IMG/VR virus record: IMGVR_UViG_3300023179_000026
Coordinates: 72,879 to 136,878 of that record
Strand: one strand, 5' to 3'
DNA length: 64,000 bases
From: a virus
Shown here in pieces: positions 18,580 to 27,900 of this stretch (its first letter is position 1; each line of letters starts with the position of its first letter). The notes below the pieces were generated by a model that was given only the letters and a program-made list of their open reading frames with translations, was not told where the DNA came from and searched no databases. Both the position numbers and the translations under genes were made by a program.

Positions 18580-19521
18580 TTACTTTCCATGTGAAGTTAA
18601 TTCAATTAAAGTTGCAGCTAAGTTAATTTCAGGTATACCAACAAGCGAAAGATTAGCCATGCCATTACGTATAATAACAACAGCAGTATCTTTTTCTGTT
18701 TGATTTTTACCCCATAATTCTAGATTATTATACATCCATTGATAGATAGATTCTATCCTAGATGGATGTAAGCTAAGATATTGAAGTAAATATTTTCTAC
18801 CTTCAAGCACCTCACCACGTTTAAATGAGTCAGCCACTTCTAATAACGCTGCATTTTGATCAGAATTTTCTTTTTTGGCAACGACTAGTTCACCACTTGT
18901 GCTATTTGTTTGTAACTGATTTAAACACTTACGCAAATCAGGATATGTATTTTTTACATAATAATCAAGTGTATCAATAGTAAAATCAACTTTTTCTTCA
19001 ATTAATACGGTAGCAGCACGTGCAGTAAATTCAGTATAATCAGGTTTACTAATGTGCATTTTAACGCAACGTGACTCACGTAATGCAGGAATCACACGGT
19101 ACTCATAATTACAAGTAAGTATAAATCTAACCGTAGAAGCATATGTTTCCATATCATTACGTAAGCTAGCTTGTGCATCACGTGACAAATAATCTGCCTC
19201 ATCAAGTAAAACAATTTTAAACTTACCAAAAGGAATAGTTTGTACAAAGTTATGTATTTTAGTTCTTACATTGTCTACACTGTTTTCACGTGATGCATTG
19301 ATTTCTAGTACATCGTAATCTTCTATGTGTAATTCGTGAATAAGAATTTTTGCAAGCGTGGTTTTACCTGTGCCTGGTTCGCCGCTAAGTAACAAGTGTG
19401 GAATAATACCTTCTCTAATCCAATGTTCAACTTGAGTTTGCTGAGAAGCATCAACAAAAACATAGTCAGTAATAGTGATAGGACGATACTTTTCAGTCCA
19501 TAATTTATTTTGTAAAATCAT
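18580..19521 (-). CDS. gp44: clamp loader AAA+ subunit (T4 gp44 / RFC small subunit type)
   Basis: WTEKYRP, GEPGTGKTT, LEINAS, LDEADYLS, FILTCNY, SRC motif. Confidence 0.9.
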   Translation of the reverse strand: MILQNKLWTEKYRPITITDYVFVDASQQTQVEHWIREGIIPHLLLSGEPGTGKTTLAKILIHELHIEDYDVLEINASRENSVDNVRTKIHNFVQTIPFGKFKIVLLDEADYLSRDAQASLRNDMETYASTVRFILTCNYEYRVIPALRESRCVKMHISKPDYTEFTARAATVLIEEKVDFTIDTLDYYVKNTYPDLRKCLNQLQTNSTSGELVVAKKENSDQNAALLEVADSFKRGEVLEGRKYLLQYLSLHPSRIESIYQWMYNNLELWGKNQTEKDTAVVIIRNGMANLSLVGIPEINLAATLIELTSHGK

Positions 19522-19805
19522 CGTGTAAGCATTTGAACAGTTATTATTCTAGATAGCATTTCTGACAAATCATCCTTTTCAGTAACAATATGCAATTGAT
19601 TTTCCCATTCATCTTTTTTGGGATTAAAAATACGTGTTTCAATAATCATACCACCACTTGCATAATAGACATAAAAATTTAGACTATTTCTTGGATTATG
19701 GAAGCTCTCTCTGCCTAATTTTGATTCACTTATCATAGCAACAGGTTGATCTTCCCTGTCTACTTGTCTTAGTTTTTCTCTTAACCATTTGTATATAAAT
19801 TTCAT
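19518..19805 (-). CDS. hypothetical protein
   Basis: 95-aa ORF coupled to clamp loader gene. Confidence 0.6.
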   Translation of the reverse strand: MKFIYKWLREKLRQVDREDQPVAMISESKLGRESFHNPRNSLNFYVYYASGGMIIETRIFNPKKDEWENQLHIVTEKDDLSEMLSRIITVQMLTR

Positions 19806-19814
19806 TTATAACCT

Positions 19815-20963
19815 TTATTTGAATAAATTAGTTGGGCAATTAAAACCTTTCAAATTTTGGTACCAAGAATAAACACCCCACGTTGCATAATCTCTTACTT
19901 CACCTTGAAAATTAGCATTATCAACATGCTTTAGCATGTCTTGAAATTCAGTAGAATGTTTTAAATAAGTAATTGCTTTCTTACCTTTTTTCTTAGCTTC
20001 TTTCCAAAATTTTGTATTAAAAATTGACCCATGATAGTAATGATACCCTATCATAGCTTCAATGTCCAATAATTTAGATAGATAAGTCTCATTTGCAAAT
20101 GGTACACTTATATTATCAAACATGATATCCCATGACATTCGATTAATAAGGTCAATAGTAGCTAATGACGTAGCTTCCATAGGTTCTAAAAAGAAGGATG
20201 AATTACCGTTATAAAACACTCTGTCAGTAAAATTTTGCTTTTTGTAATAATTGTGGAAGGAAAAAGAATTAGTGGTATCGCTTGGTGTTAGGCTATATTC
20301 TGAAAACACTTCTTTTACATCTTCTTTAATTTCATCAAGTGTATTCAATGTATTATTGTAAAGATATCCTACTGAACATCTATTCTGAAGTGGTATACAA
20401 AATACCCATCCGTATTTTCTTGCTACCGTTCCTGTATATTGAAAAGTAGGTTTATCCCACCAACATTGAGTGACGTAAACTGAATTAACAGGAATAATAG
20501 CACTTTCATAAAAGTTTTCATAGGTTTCGGGTTTGCCACCACAATCTATAATATAATCCGCATCAATATCATCATGTGATCTAACATTAGTATTAATTAA
20601 TTTGACACGTGAATTTTTTTTAACTGTTTCTATGATATAATCTTGCAATTTTAATGCATTAAAATGAATTGATATAAGCGGTGGTTGGAAATAATGTGTA
20701 TATTCGCTACCCTTCCCCCAATTTTGTTTTCTAATTCCATACTTTAATGTACCATCAATTTTATTAAACAAGTCATTATAGTTGTAATCATTAAATTTAT
20801 ATAATAAACGTACAAGTTGTAAGGTAGTTCCTTCACCAACTGCTTGAACTTTAATATTTTCATCATAATACCAATCTATTTCAAAATCAGTATATGTTAA
20901 AAAATGTGCGGCGGTAATACTTCCTGCAGTACCTTTACCAATAATAGCTATTTTTTTATTCAC
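19815..20963 (-). CDS. flavin-dependent halogenase-like protein (tryptophan halogenase family), copy 1
   Basis: IAIIGKGTAG FAD motif, VGEGT, TLKYGI (catalytic Lys position), GWVFCIPLQNR, FFLEPMEATS. Confidence 0.8.
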   Translation of the reverse strand: MNKKIAIIGKGTAGSITAAHFLTYTDFEIDWYYDENIKVQAVGEGTTLQLVRLLYKFNDYNYNDLFNKIDGTLKYGIRKQNWGKGSEYTHYFQPPLISIHFNALKLQDYIIETVKKNSRVKLINTNVRSHDDIDADYIIDCGGKPETYENFYESAIIPVNSVYVTQCWWDKPTFQYTGTVARKYGWVFCIPLQNRCSVGYLYNNTLNTLDEIKEDVKEVFSEYSLTPSDTTNSFSFHNYYKKQNFTDRVFYNGNSSFFLEPMEATSLATIDLINRMSWDIMFDNISVPFANETYLSKLLDIEAMIGYHYYHGSIFNTKFWKEAKKKGKKAITYLKHSTEFQDMLKHVDNANFQGEVRDYATWGVYSWYQNLKGFNCPTNLFK

Positions 20964-22107
20964 TATCTAATCCTTTAATTTCATAACCTAAACCGATTAA
21001 ATTTTCATACCATGACCTTTCATTCCAAGACCCAAATGGATTTTTATCCGTAAAAAAATGATGACTTGTAATGGAATTTACACATTTTAAAAAGTTTTCA
21101 TCTGAATATAATTTAGGCATAACGTCTTTTGTTTTTTCATAAGCAAAATCCCAAAATTTTGTATTAAATTTAGATTTTTTCGTGTAATGAAAAGCTATCA
21201 TTAACTCAATATCTTTTAAAAAATTAGTAAAAAAGTTATTACAGTCATCTAGTTTACGATTAAAAAACAAATAATCATATAATGTTCTATTAACATAATC
21301 AGCACACACAAAAGAAGTTGCTTCCATTGGTTCAAGAAAAAACGATGCGTTACCATTATAACTTACACGTTCAGTAAAATTAACTTTTCTTATATAATTA
21401 CTAAATGAAAAAGCATTTGTCATATCACTTGGAGTTAACTTATATTCTGAAAATACTTCTTGTACATCTTTTTTAACATCGTTTAAATCATTAATTGTAT
21501 TGTTATACAAATAGCCAACTGAGCATCTATTTTGTAACGGTATACAAAATACCCATCCATGTTTCCTTGCAATTGCCGCTGTATAATCAAAATCAGGTTT
21601 ATCCCAATAACATTGTGTAACATAAACTGAGTTAAGTGGCATATATTGTGCCATATAAAAATTATCAAAATTATCAGGTTTTCCTGAACAATCTATAATA
21701 TGGTCTGCGTCAATATCATCATATGATTTAATATTTTGTGAAACAATTTTAACATGATTATAACCTTTTAAATGATTGAATATATATTCTTGTAGTTTGT
21801 ATGAATCAATGTGCATAGCAACATTTGGAGAGTAAAAATGATGAAAAAAATCGTGATTAGTTTTGCCCCAATTTTGCTTTCTTATACCATACTTATAATT
21901 ACCATTTAGGTTTTTCATATCAGTGTAACTAAAACCAAAATAGTTTTTTAAATTACGTGGTAAAATAAGTGTAGTGCCTTCTCCTACTGCTTGTGTTTTA
22001 ATATTTTCATCATAATACCAATCAATTGTACAATCTTTTGTCCATGTTGCAAAATGTGCTGCAGTAATAGCACCTACAGTGCCCCTGCCTATAATAGCTA
22101 ATTTCAT
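20956..22107 (-). CDS. flavin-dependent halogenase-like protein, copy 2
   Basis: Start ATG 22107 (TAATG overlap) MKLAIIGRGTVG; NYKYGI, GWVFCIPLQNR, FFLEPMEATS. Confidence 0.8.
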   Translation of the reverse strand: MKLAIIGRGTVGAITAAHFATWTKDCTIDWYYDENIKTQAVGEGTTLILPRNLKNYFGFSYTDMKNLNGNYKYGIRKQNWGKTNHDFFHHFYSPNVAMHIDSYKLQEYIFNHLKGYNHVKIVSQNIKSYDDIDADHIIDCSGKPDNFDNFYMAQYMPLNSVYVTQCYWDKPDFDYTAAIARKHGWVFCIPLQNRCSVGYLYNNTINDLNDVKKDVQEVFSEYKLTPSDMTNAFSFSNYIRKVNFTERVSYNGNASFFLEPMEATSFVCADYVNRTLYDYLFFNRKLDDCNNFFTNFLKDIELMIAFHYTKKSKFNTKFWDFAYEKTKDVMPKLYSDENFLKCVNSITSHHFFTDKNPFGSWNERSWYENLIGLGYEIKGLDSE

Positions 22108-22535
22108 TAATTTAACAGCCTTGTACACTCCAACTCGCTGTCAGTCCAACATTCTGTTTCAGTTTGTACCCATCCTTCATTTTCCCAACTTGAATAAGAA
22201 TCTTCATCCCATATTTCGGACATACGTTCTTGTTCTTCTTCATCCATATCATCAGGATACATTATATCTAAATACCAACCATCATCTAACACTTCTAATT
22301 CAACATCTTCAATATTATTGATACAAGTATTATTCATGTCAATACTATCTTCTACTTCATTACCTAGCGGGTTACGAACACGCTCAAATTGTGGTTCTTC
22401 ATCATTATCCGTAGTTACAATCCAACTACCCCAACGAAAACCTGTTACACGTATAATAGTTACACCATCTTTAACCCAATACTCGTGTTCTTCAACTGAT
22501 TTTTTATTTAATGTTGATACATGCCACTTAGCCAT
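22107..22535 (-). CDS. acidic hypothetical protein
   Basis: 142-aa D/E/W-rich ORF. Confidence 0.6.
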   Translation of the reverse strand: MAKWHVSTLNKKSVEEHEYWVKDGVTIIRVTGFRWGSWIVTTDNDEEPQFERVRNPLGNEVEDSIDMNNTCINNIEDVELEVLDDGWYLDIMYPDDMDEEEQERMSEIWDEDSYSSWENEGWVQTETECWTDSELECTRLLN

Positions 22536-22537
22536 AA

Positions 22538-22750
22538 TTACTCTCTATCCATTTCTGATGCTTCTTTAATCAGTACAGTTAATTCTTCAATTGAATTTAC
22601 CAATATTTTAACTTGCGACCAATTATCATCATGATCACGACCACCTACTTCAATCATAAAACCATTGTCGTACATATTAATACTAAAACTATCATTAACA
22701 GTTTTCATTTTGTCGCTAATCTTTTTTACACCACTCTTTACTTTAGCCAT
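22538..22750 (-). CDS. small hypothetical protein
   Basis: 70-aa ORF in operon context. Confidence 0.55.
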   Translation of the reverse strand: MAKVKSGVKKISDKMKTVNDSFSINMYDNGFMIEVGGRDHDDNWSQVKILVNSIEELTVLIKEASEMDRE

Positions 22751-22759
22751 TTTATACCC

Positions 22760-23125
22760 CTAAATTGTTTTATCGCCCATGGTTTCATCCATGACAGGTT
22801 CGTCACTAACTAATAAAATATCATCATTGTCAACTTTACGAATGATGTGTTCTCCACTATCGTCCATAATTTTAATACCTCTAGTCCATCGTCCATGAGT
22901 TACTAAAATATATTGACCTACTTTAATCTCTTGTTGTTCAGGACCGATTGCATACACCTTGCCCCAACGTGGTCTAATACCACTATTTTTTCCATCATCA
23001 CTAACCACCACAATACCTGATGAAGTTTTACGTTCTTCAAAATTCATTTCTGATACAATAATTGCATCATGTAATGGTGTAACTTTATGTACTCGATGTG
23101 CTTCAAATAAATGTTTTGTATCCAT
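22760..23125 (-). CDS. groES: GroES/Cpn10-like co-chaperonin
   Basis: PLHD.IIV, KTSSGIVV mobile loop, GKVYAIGP, IKVGQ.IL; ATG 23125 after AGGA. Confidence 0.8.
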   Translation of the reverse strand: MDTKHLFEAHRVHKVTPLHDAIIVSEMNFEERKTSSGIVVVSDDGKNSGIRPRWGKVYAIGPEQQEIKVGQYILVTHGRWTRGIKIMDDSGEHIIRKVDNDDILLVSDEPVMDETMGDKTI

Positions 23126-23133
23126 GATATCCT

Positions 23134-23448
23134 TTATTTCTTTAATTTTGGATCCCAATCGTCATCAAAACTTTCAAACTCTTTTTCAAGCTCAGTTTTT
23201 GGAACGTTGGGTTTTACAACTTCTTCAGTGGGTTGTGGCACTCTATTTAATGCCTTGCTTGCTTGCATTGTTTTATTATACATTGTACTGACACGCTTGG
23301 TATGGTCATTGATAATACGATTATGCGAATCAATGATATCTCCACGTGCATTTACATTCATGTTGCCTACAGCACGTACTCGCTCATTTTTAGCAATTAA
23401 TGAATTCATATCTAACATTTTGCCATTTGCTGTTCTTCGTTGAGCCAT
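23134..23448 (-). CDS. hypothetical protein
   Basis: 104-aa ORF with AGGA SD. Confidence 0.6.
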   Translation of the reverse strand: MAQRRTANGKMLDMNSLIAKNERVRAVGNMNVNARGDIIDSHNRIINDHTKRVSTMYNKTMQASKALNRVPQPTEEVVKPNVPKTELEKEFESFDDDWDPKLKK

Positions 23449-23457
23449 AATTTTTTC

Positions 23458-23964
23458 CTATCTTAAAAATTCAGTGTAGTCTAAGTCATAGTACATACTA
23501 TCAATTTTATGTACCCCAATCTTGTATAGCACGTAACTGCTTACGCTGCTTCCACGACCAACTCCCCACACTATATTATTTAAGCGCATTGTATCAACTA
23601 TATATTTTAAGTATTGTAGTAATGAAAATAAGTTAAGTTCTTGATAACGAATTAACTCAGCAGCACATCGCTGTATTTGTGGCTGATTATCACATGCTAA
23701 CAACACCCACTCCGCAATATCTAATTCATAATATGATTGTGGCATATACCACATAGACTGATTTTTCTTATCAAAATCATTTACACTAAGGTTTGACTCA
23801 ATATATGTTTTACAATGTGGTATATTATTCAACTCTAATGCAGAGTTAAATTCAATAGGTTGTTCAATTAAAGCGTTTTTAATTTGAATGCCCGTATTTT
23901 GCATATACAACTTGCACAAATCAAGCTCATTCAAAATAATTTGCCCATACTTATCTATTTTCAT
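23458..23964 (-). CDS. dnaE: stand-alone fragment of DNA polymerase III alpha subunit (family C)
   Basis: C-terminal half matches DnaE R..EL...GVGRGSS.SS.V.Y.IG...ID...L....FL; ends before the catalytic D.D motif. Confidence 0.75.
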   Translation of the reverse strand: MKIDKYGQIILNELDLCKLYMQNTGIQIKNALIEQPIEFNSALELNNIPHCKTYIESNLSVNDFDKKNQSMWYMPQSYYELDIAEWVLLACDNQPQIQRCAAELIRYQELNLFSLLQYLKYIVDTMRLNNIVWGVGRGSSVSSYVLYKIGVHKIDSMYYDLDYTEFLR

Positions 23965-24002
23965 AGAGTAAGTATATCATATGGCATTGAAATTACTTGA
24001 AA

Positions 24003-24233
24003 TTAGGATATGTCGATTTTGGGAGAAGAATTACCACGCTTTGCCCACATTTCATTTTGTTGTTTAGCGTATTCTGCCTTGTATGATTCTAGCACCATTT
24101 GCATTTGACGAACCATATCATGCTTGCCCATCTTAAAAGCCCATTGCATACGTGTGTTTAATGTGGCAATTTTTTCACCTAACTGCTCCATATTTTCACC
24201 ACTTAAATCACTTACGAATGGATGATTAAACAT
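24003..24233 (-). CDS. small hypothetical protein
   Basis: MFNHPF start at 24233 via TAATG overlap. Confidence 0.6.
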   Translation of the reverse strand: MFNHPFVSDLSGENMEQLGEKIATLNTRMQWAFKMGKHDMVRQMQMVLESYKAEYAKQQNEMWAKRGNSSPKIDIS

Positions 24234-24985
24234 TACCAAGCTGTTAAAGTTATACGCTTCCAAATAGCAGTTGCACCATCATAATTTGCTGTACAAACAT
24301 AAAAATATGTGGCATCTGATGCTACAGTACCCGCTTTATCACCTAAAACACCAACATTACTAACAGGTACACTTGTAACTACTTGTGTAGCTTTACGTGG
24401 TCTGTCAATTGGTGTTACTGTAATATTCGTACCGCAATCCACGGTGGAAAACTCATGATGCACTTTGGTAACATTTGCTGCCATTGTAAAATTACCACCT
24501 GCAACACCATTACCTGCATAATTTTCTAAAGTAAGCATACCATCTGTTACACTAGATGGCATTGTAATTACTGCATTTGCATTAGCTACAGTAAATATCG
24601 TCTGTATGTTTTGCTGAGTTCCCGCAGGTGCCCATGCTGCAAAAGCTAACGTAACATTACCTGTTATAGTACCATATTGTACATCACCATTGGTAACATT
24701 GATGGTGACTGTTCCACTTAAATTGTTACCTAAGTTATAAGTAGTTGCCCTGAAACCTTGTGTCAATGCATTGCTTATTAATGTGTTAGCCATGTCATTG
24801 TTTAAGGTTGTACCTGTTAATGCACTTTTAACAACAACTTTATTTTGTAAATCAGTGATTTCAGTTGATGCAGTATCTAAACCACTTTTAATAGCAGTAA
24901 AATTAGTTCTAAATCCTTGTGAACTATTGTTTATCCCAGGAATAGGATACGTTGTATCAATCTGACTTGTATCAATTGCGCTCAT
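24233..24985 (-). CDS. virion structural / fibre-like protein
   Basis: T/N/G-rich; C-terminal D..YFYVC.A......WKR..L..W motif common in phage tail proteins; ATAAATA box 24991-24997. Confidence 0.6.
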   Translation of the reverse strand: MSAIDTSQIDTTYPIPGINNSSQGFRTNFTAIKSGLDTASTEITDLQNKVVVKSALTGTTLNNDMANTLISNALTQGFRATTYNLGNNLSGTVTINVTNGDVQYGTITGNVTLAFAAWAPAGTQQNIQTIFTVANANAVITMPSSVTDGMLTLENYAGNGVAGGNFTMAANVTKVHHEFSTVDCGTNITVTPIDRPRKATQVVTSVPVSNVGVLGDKAGTVASDATYFYVCTANYDGATAIWKRITLTAW

Positions 24986-24993
24986 AGTTATAT

Positions 24994-27900
24994 TTATCCG
25001 CTTTGTAAGGTGCGTGGAAGAATTGTCTTTTGTGTAATGTAAACATATTGGTCAGCAGAATTATTAGTTACAGGTGGCTGTGCACTAGGTAATGTGCTTA
25101 CCCACTCTACTCCATTCCAATCAAATGTTAATGATTTATCAACTTCAAAACGGTCTATCGTAAATTGAACTTGATTAACTTTTATACCACTTGCAGATGT
25201 TTGCCATGCATTAATGTTGTTTTTAACAGTGGTACTATAATTTGGTTTTGTATAACATATGACCCACGCAGGTGTATATCCCAATGTGCTTCCATTAATT
25301 TGTTGACTTGTCATCCATAATGGTAAAATAGTGTCATTGTTTACATATCCTAACACATCTTCTAATTGTTGACGCATATTGTCTAAACTGTTAGGATACA
25401 ATGTCCTTACATACCCAGGCGTTAACGCTGTAAAATAACTTGGTGTATAAAATGTAAGCGTATCACCTGCGCTGTAACTTCCTGCAGGTGCTTGATTTAA
25501 AACAATTGTGTAGGTATTAGGTGTTATGCTTGTAATATATGGCACTGCGTTGGTATTACCTAATACCATATTCAATGACAAACCCTCTACACTGTTGACA
25601 ACATAGGTTGTAACATTTACAACACTAGAAATGGTAACAGATATTGGTGATGTTGAATAAACATAACTTGTATAAGTTGAACTATTGCTGTCATACCATT
25701 GTCCTAAATTAAGGTTTATGTTTCGAGGCCATCCTATTTCTTTTGGTATACTTACACCTGCATTATTAACTAAGTTATCAATAATTTCACAATAAACAAC
25801 CTCGTATACAATTTCATTATTTGTATCTCTTGCAACAGCAGTCTTTACTTCGCCTAGCGTAATATCACGCCAATAAAAGTTTTTACTCAATGCTGTGATG
25901 TATTCTTGCACAGTATTAGCGGGTATACCATATGCATGATTGTAAATTATATTTTTTGCACGACCATAATATGGGTCATTAATACGATACACAGCAGCAT
26001 CAGGTATAATTAAATTAGGATTCCCAGGTGTGCTATTTCTTATTAAATCATTAATTTTTGCTCTTGTAGTTAAGTTTGGATAGCATTGCATATATACTGT
26101 TTCCCATGGTGTTGGGAACTCTTGCACAGCAGTAAAGTAAAACTCTTTTGTTTCACTAATTTCCTCTTGCCCTACAATATATGCTTGTACAGTAAAATAG
26201 TATACTCTTGAACTATAAGGGTATACACCATTTTGATCGTCAGTAGCTTCAAACGCTAAACGTCCACTTATTTCTCCACTTGATAACATTACTAAGTTAG
26301 GGGGCAACTGACCTAAGGTTGGGCTAGTCCATTCTATTACATACTTTGCATTTTGGTCATAGAAAGTTAAATCATAATTAAACTCATCATATTCGTCAGT
26401 AATTGCTTCAGGATTGTAAATCAATATATAACGGCTATTTACAACTGTTCCATATTGACCAACTGCTACAAAATTATACTCAACCTTTTGTGCACTACCA
26501 CCACTAATATAATTACTATAAGATAATGTACTAAATGGTGTGGTTAATGATACATCAGTGTATAACTCAAAAGTATTAATAGTTAAAACTTTTACATAAA
26601 ATTGTTGATCGTTTATTTCTGTCATACCTAATACATCAACAATACACACACGATCAGCATCTGTAAATTGGTGAGCATTAACTACGGTGACCACAGCAGT
26701 ACCTGTTTGTGTAATATTTGTAATTAATACTCCTGCATTTGGTCTAGTCAGTCCAAGTGTAATACTATATAAATCATTACCTGTATTACCTGACAAATAA
26801 CTCCAAGAATTATTATCACCATTTTCGCTATATGCAGTAAATCCATCATCACCAACTACAAAAAATTGGTTTGATTCATATATAATATCATTCAAACGTT
26901 CTGTGGTAAATGCTTTTTGTAATGACCAAGTTGTGCCATTACTACTTTCTAATACATATCCTTCTTCACCAACTGCAATCCATTTTGAACCATTTGTTGC
27001 AATTGATCGTAGTGCAGGTATAGTTAATGTTATAGTTCCTCCACTTACATATGCACTATATGCACTAGAATTAACAGGTGTAGTTAATGTAACGTTAGTA
27101 TACAATGCAAAGGTATTAGTATGATACCCTGTTGCTTTTACATAATAATTATTACCATTTAAAGCTGTCATACCAACAACACCTGATATAGTGATGCGTT
27201 GACCATCACTCATATTATGAGCAGTTGATGTAGTTACTACTGCAATAGTTGCTTGAGTAACATTAGACATAGCAATGGTATTAACTGTTGCTGCGCTCCA
27301 TGTTCCACCTACAGGAAAACCAACAGCATTAGAATAATATATTGCTCCTGTATTATCTGATTTGTTACCTACTACAGTATATGTATAAGGTGAGGTTGAA
27401 CCTGTTCGTATTAATTTTCTAAAGACATAATTTACGTCAGTTGAAGTTGAACCTGTGACAGTGATTGTTCCTTGTGTCCAAACAAAGCCTGATTGACTAC
27501 TAGTTAATATGGTTGCATCATCGCCTACTGCAATAAATCGTTCACCACCTGAACGATTATCAAACATGACACTATATAAAGCACTATTTCCTGCGGTTGA
27601 TGCAGGACTCCAATTAATACCATCATTTGAACCGTATATACTAGGTTGAGAAGATTGTGTATAGCCTACAGTAACTAATGTACCTGTAGAAACAGTTGGG
27701 TAATATCCTGCTGCAATTGATGTTAAGTTATCAAAAGTGAATTGATTAAGATAGTTCCATGTTCGACCATAATTATCACTATAAGCAATTTCACCTAAAT
27801 CACCCACTGCGTAATATGATGGTACCGAAGTAGCACTTACGCCACCAACTACTGAATTTACCACTGAGTTTAAATTCTTTCTATTCTCATTAACGATACG

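Noticed and set aside
18580-19521. Eukaryotic giant virus origin suggested by the RFC-like subunit and Hef-like gene
   Set aside because: Shine-Dalgarno sites, a sigma70 promoter, T4-type tail genes and a peptidoglycan hydrolase indicate a bacteriophage.
23971-24001. Possible sigma70 promoter upstream of the dnaE fragment (TATACT)
   Set aside because: No acceptable -35 hexamer at 16-18 nt spacing.
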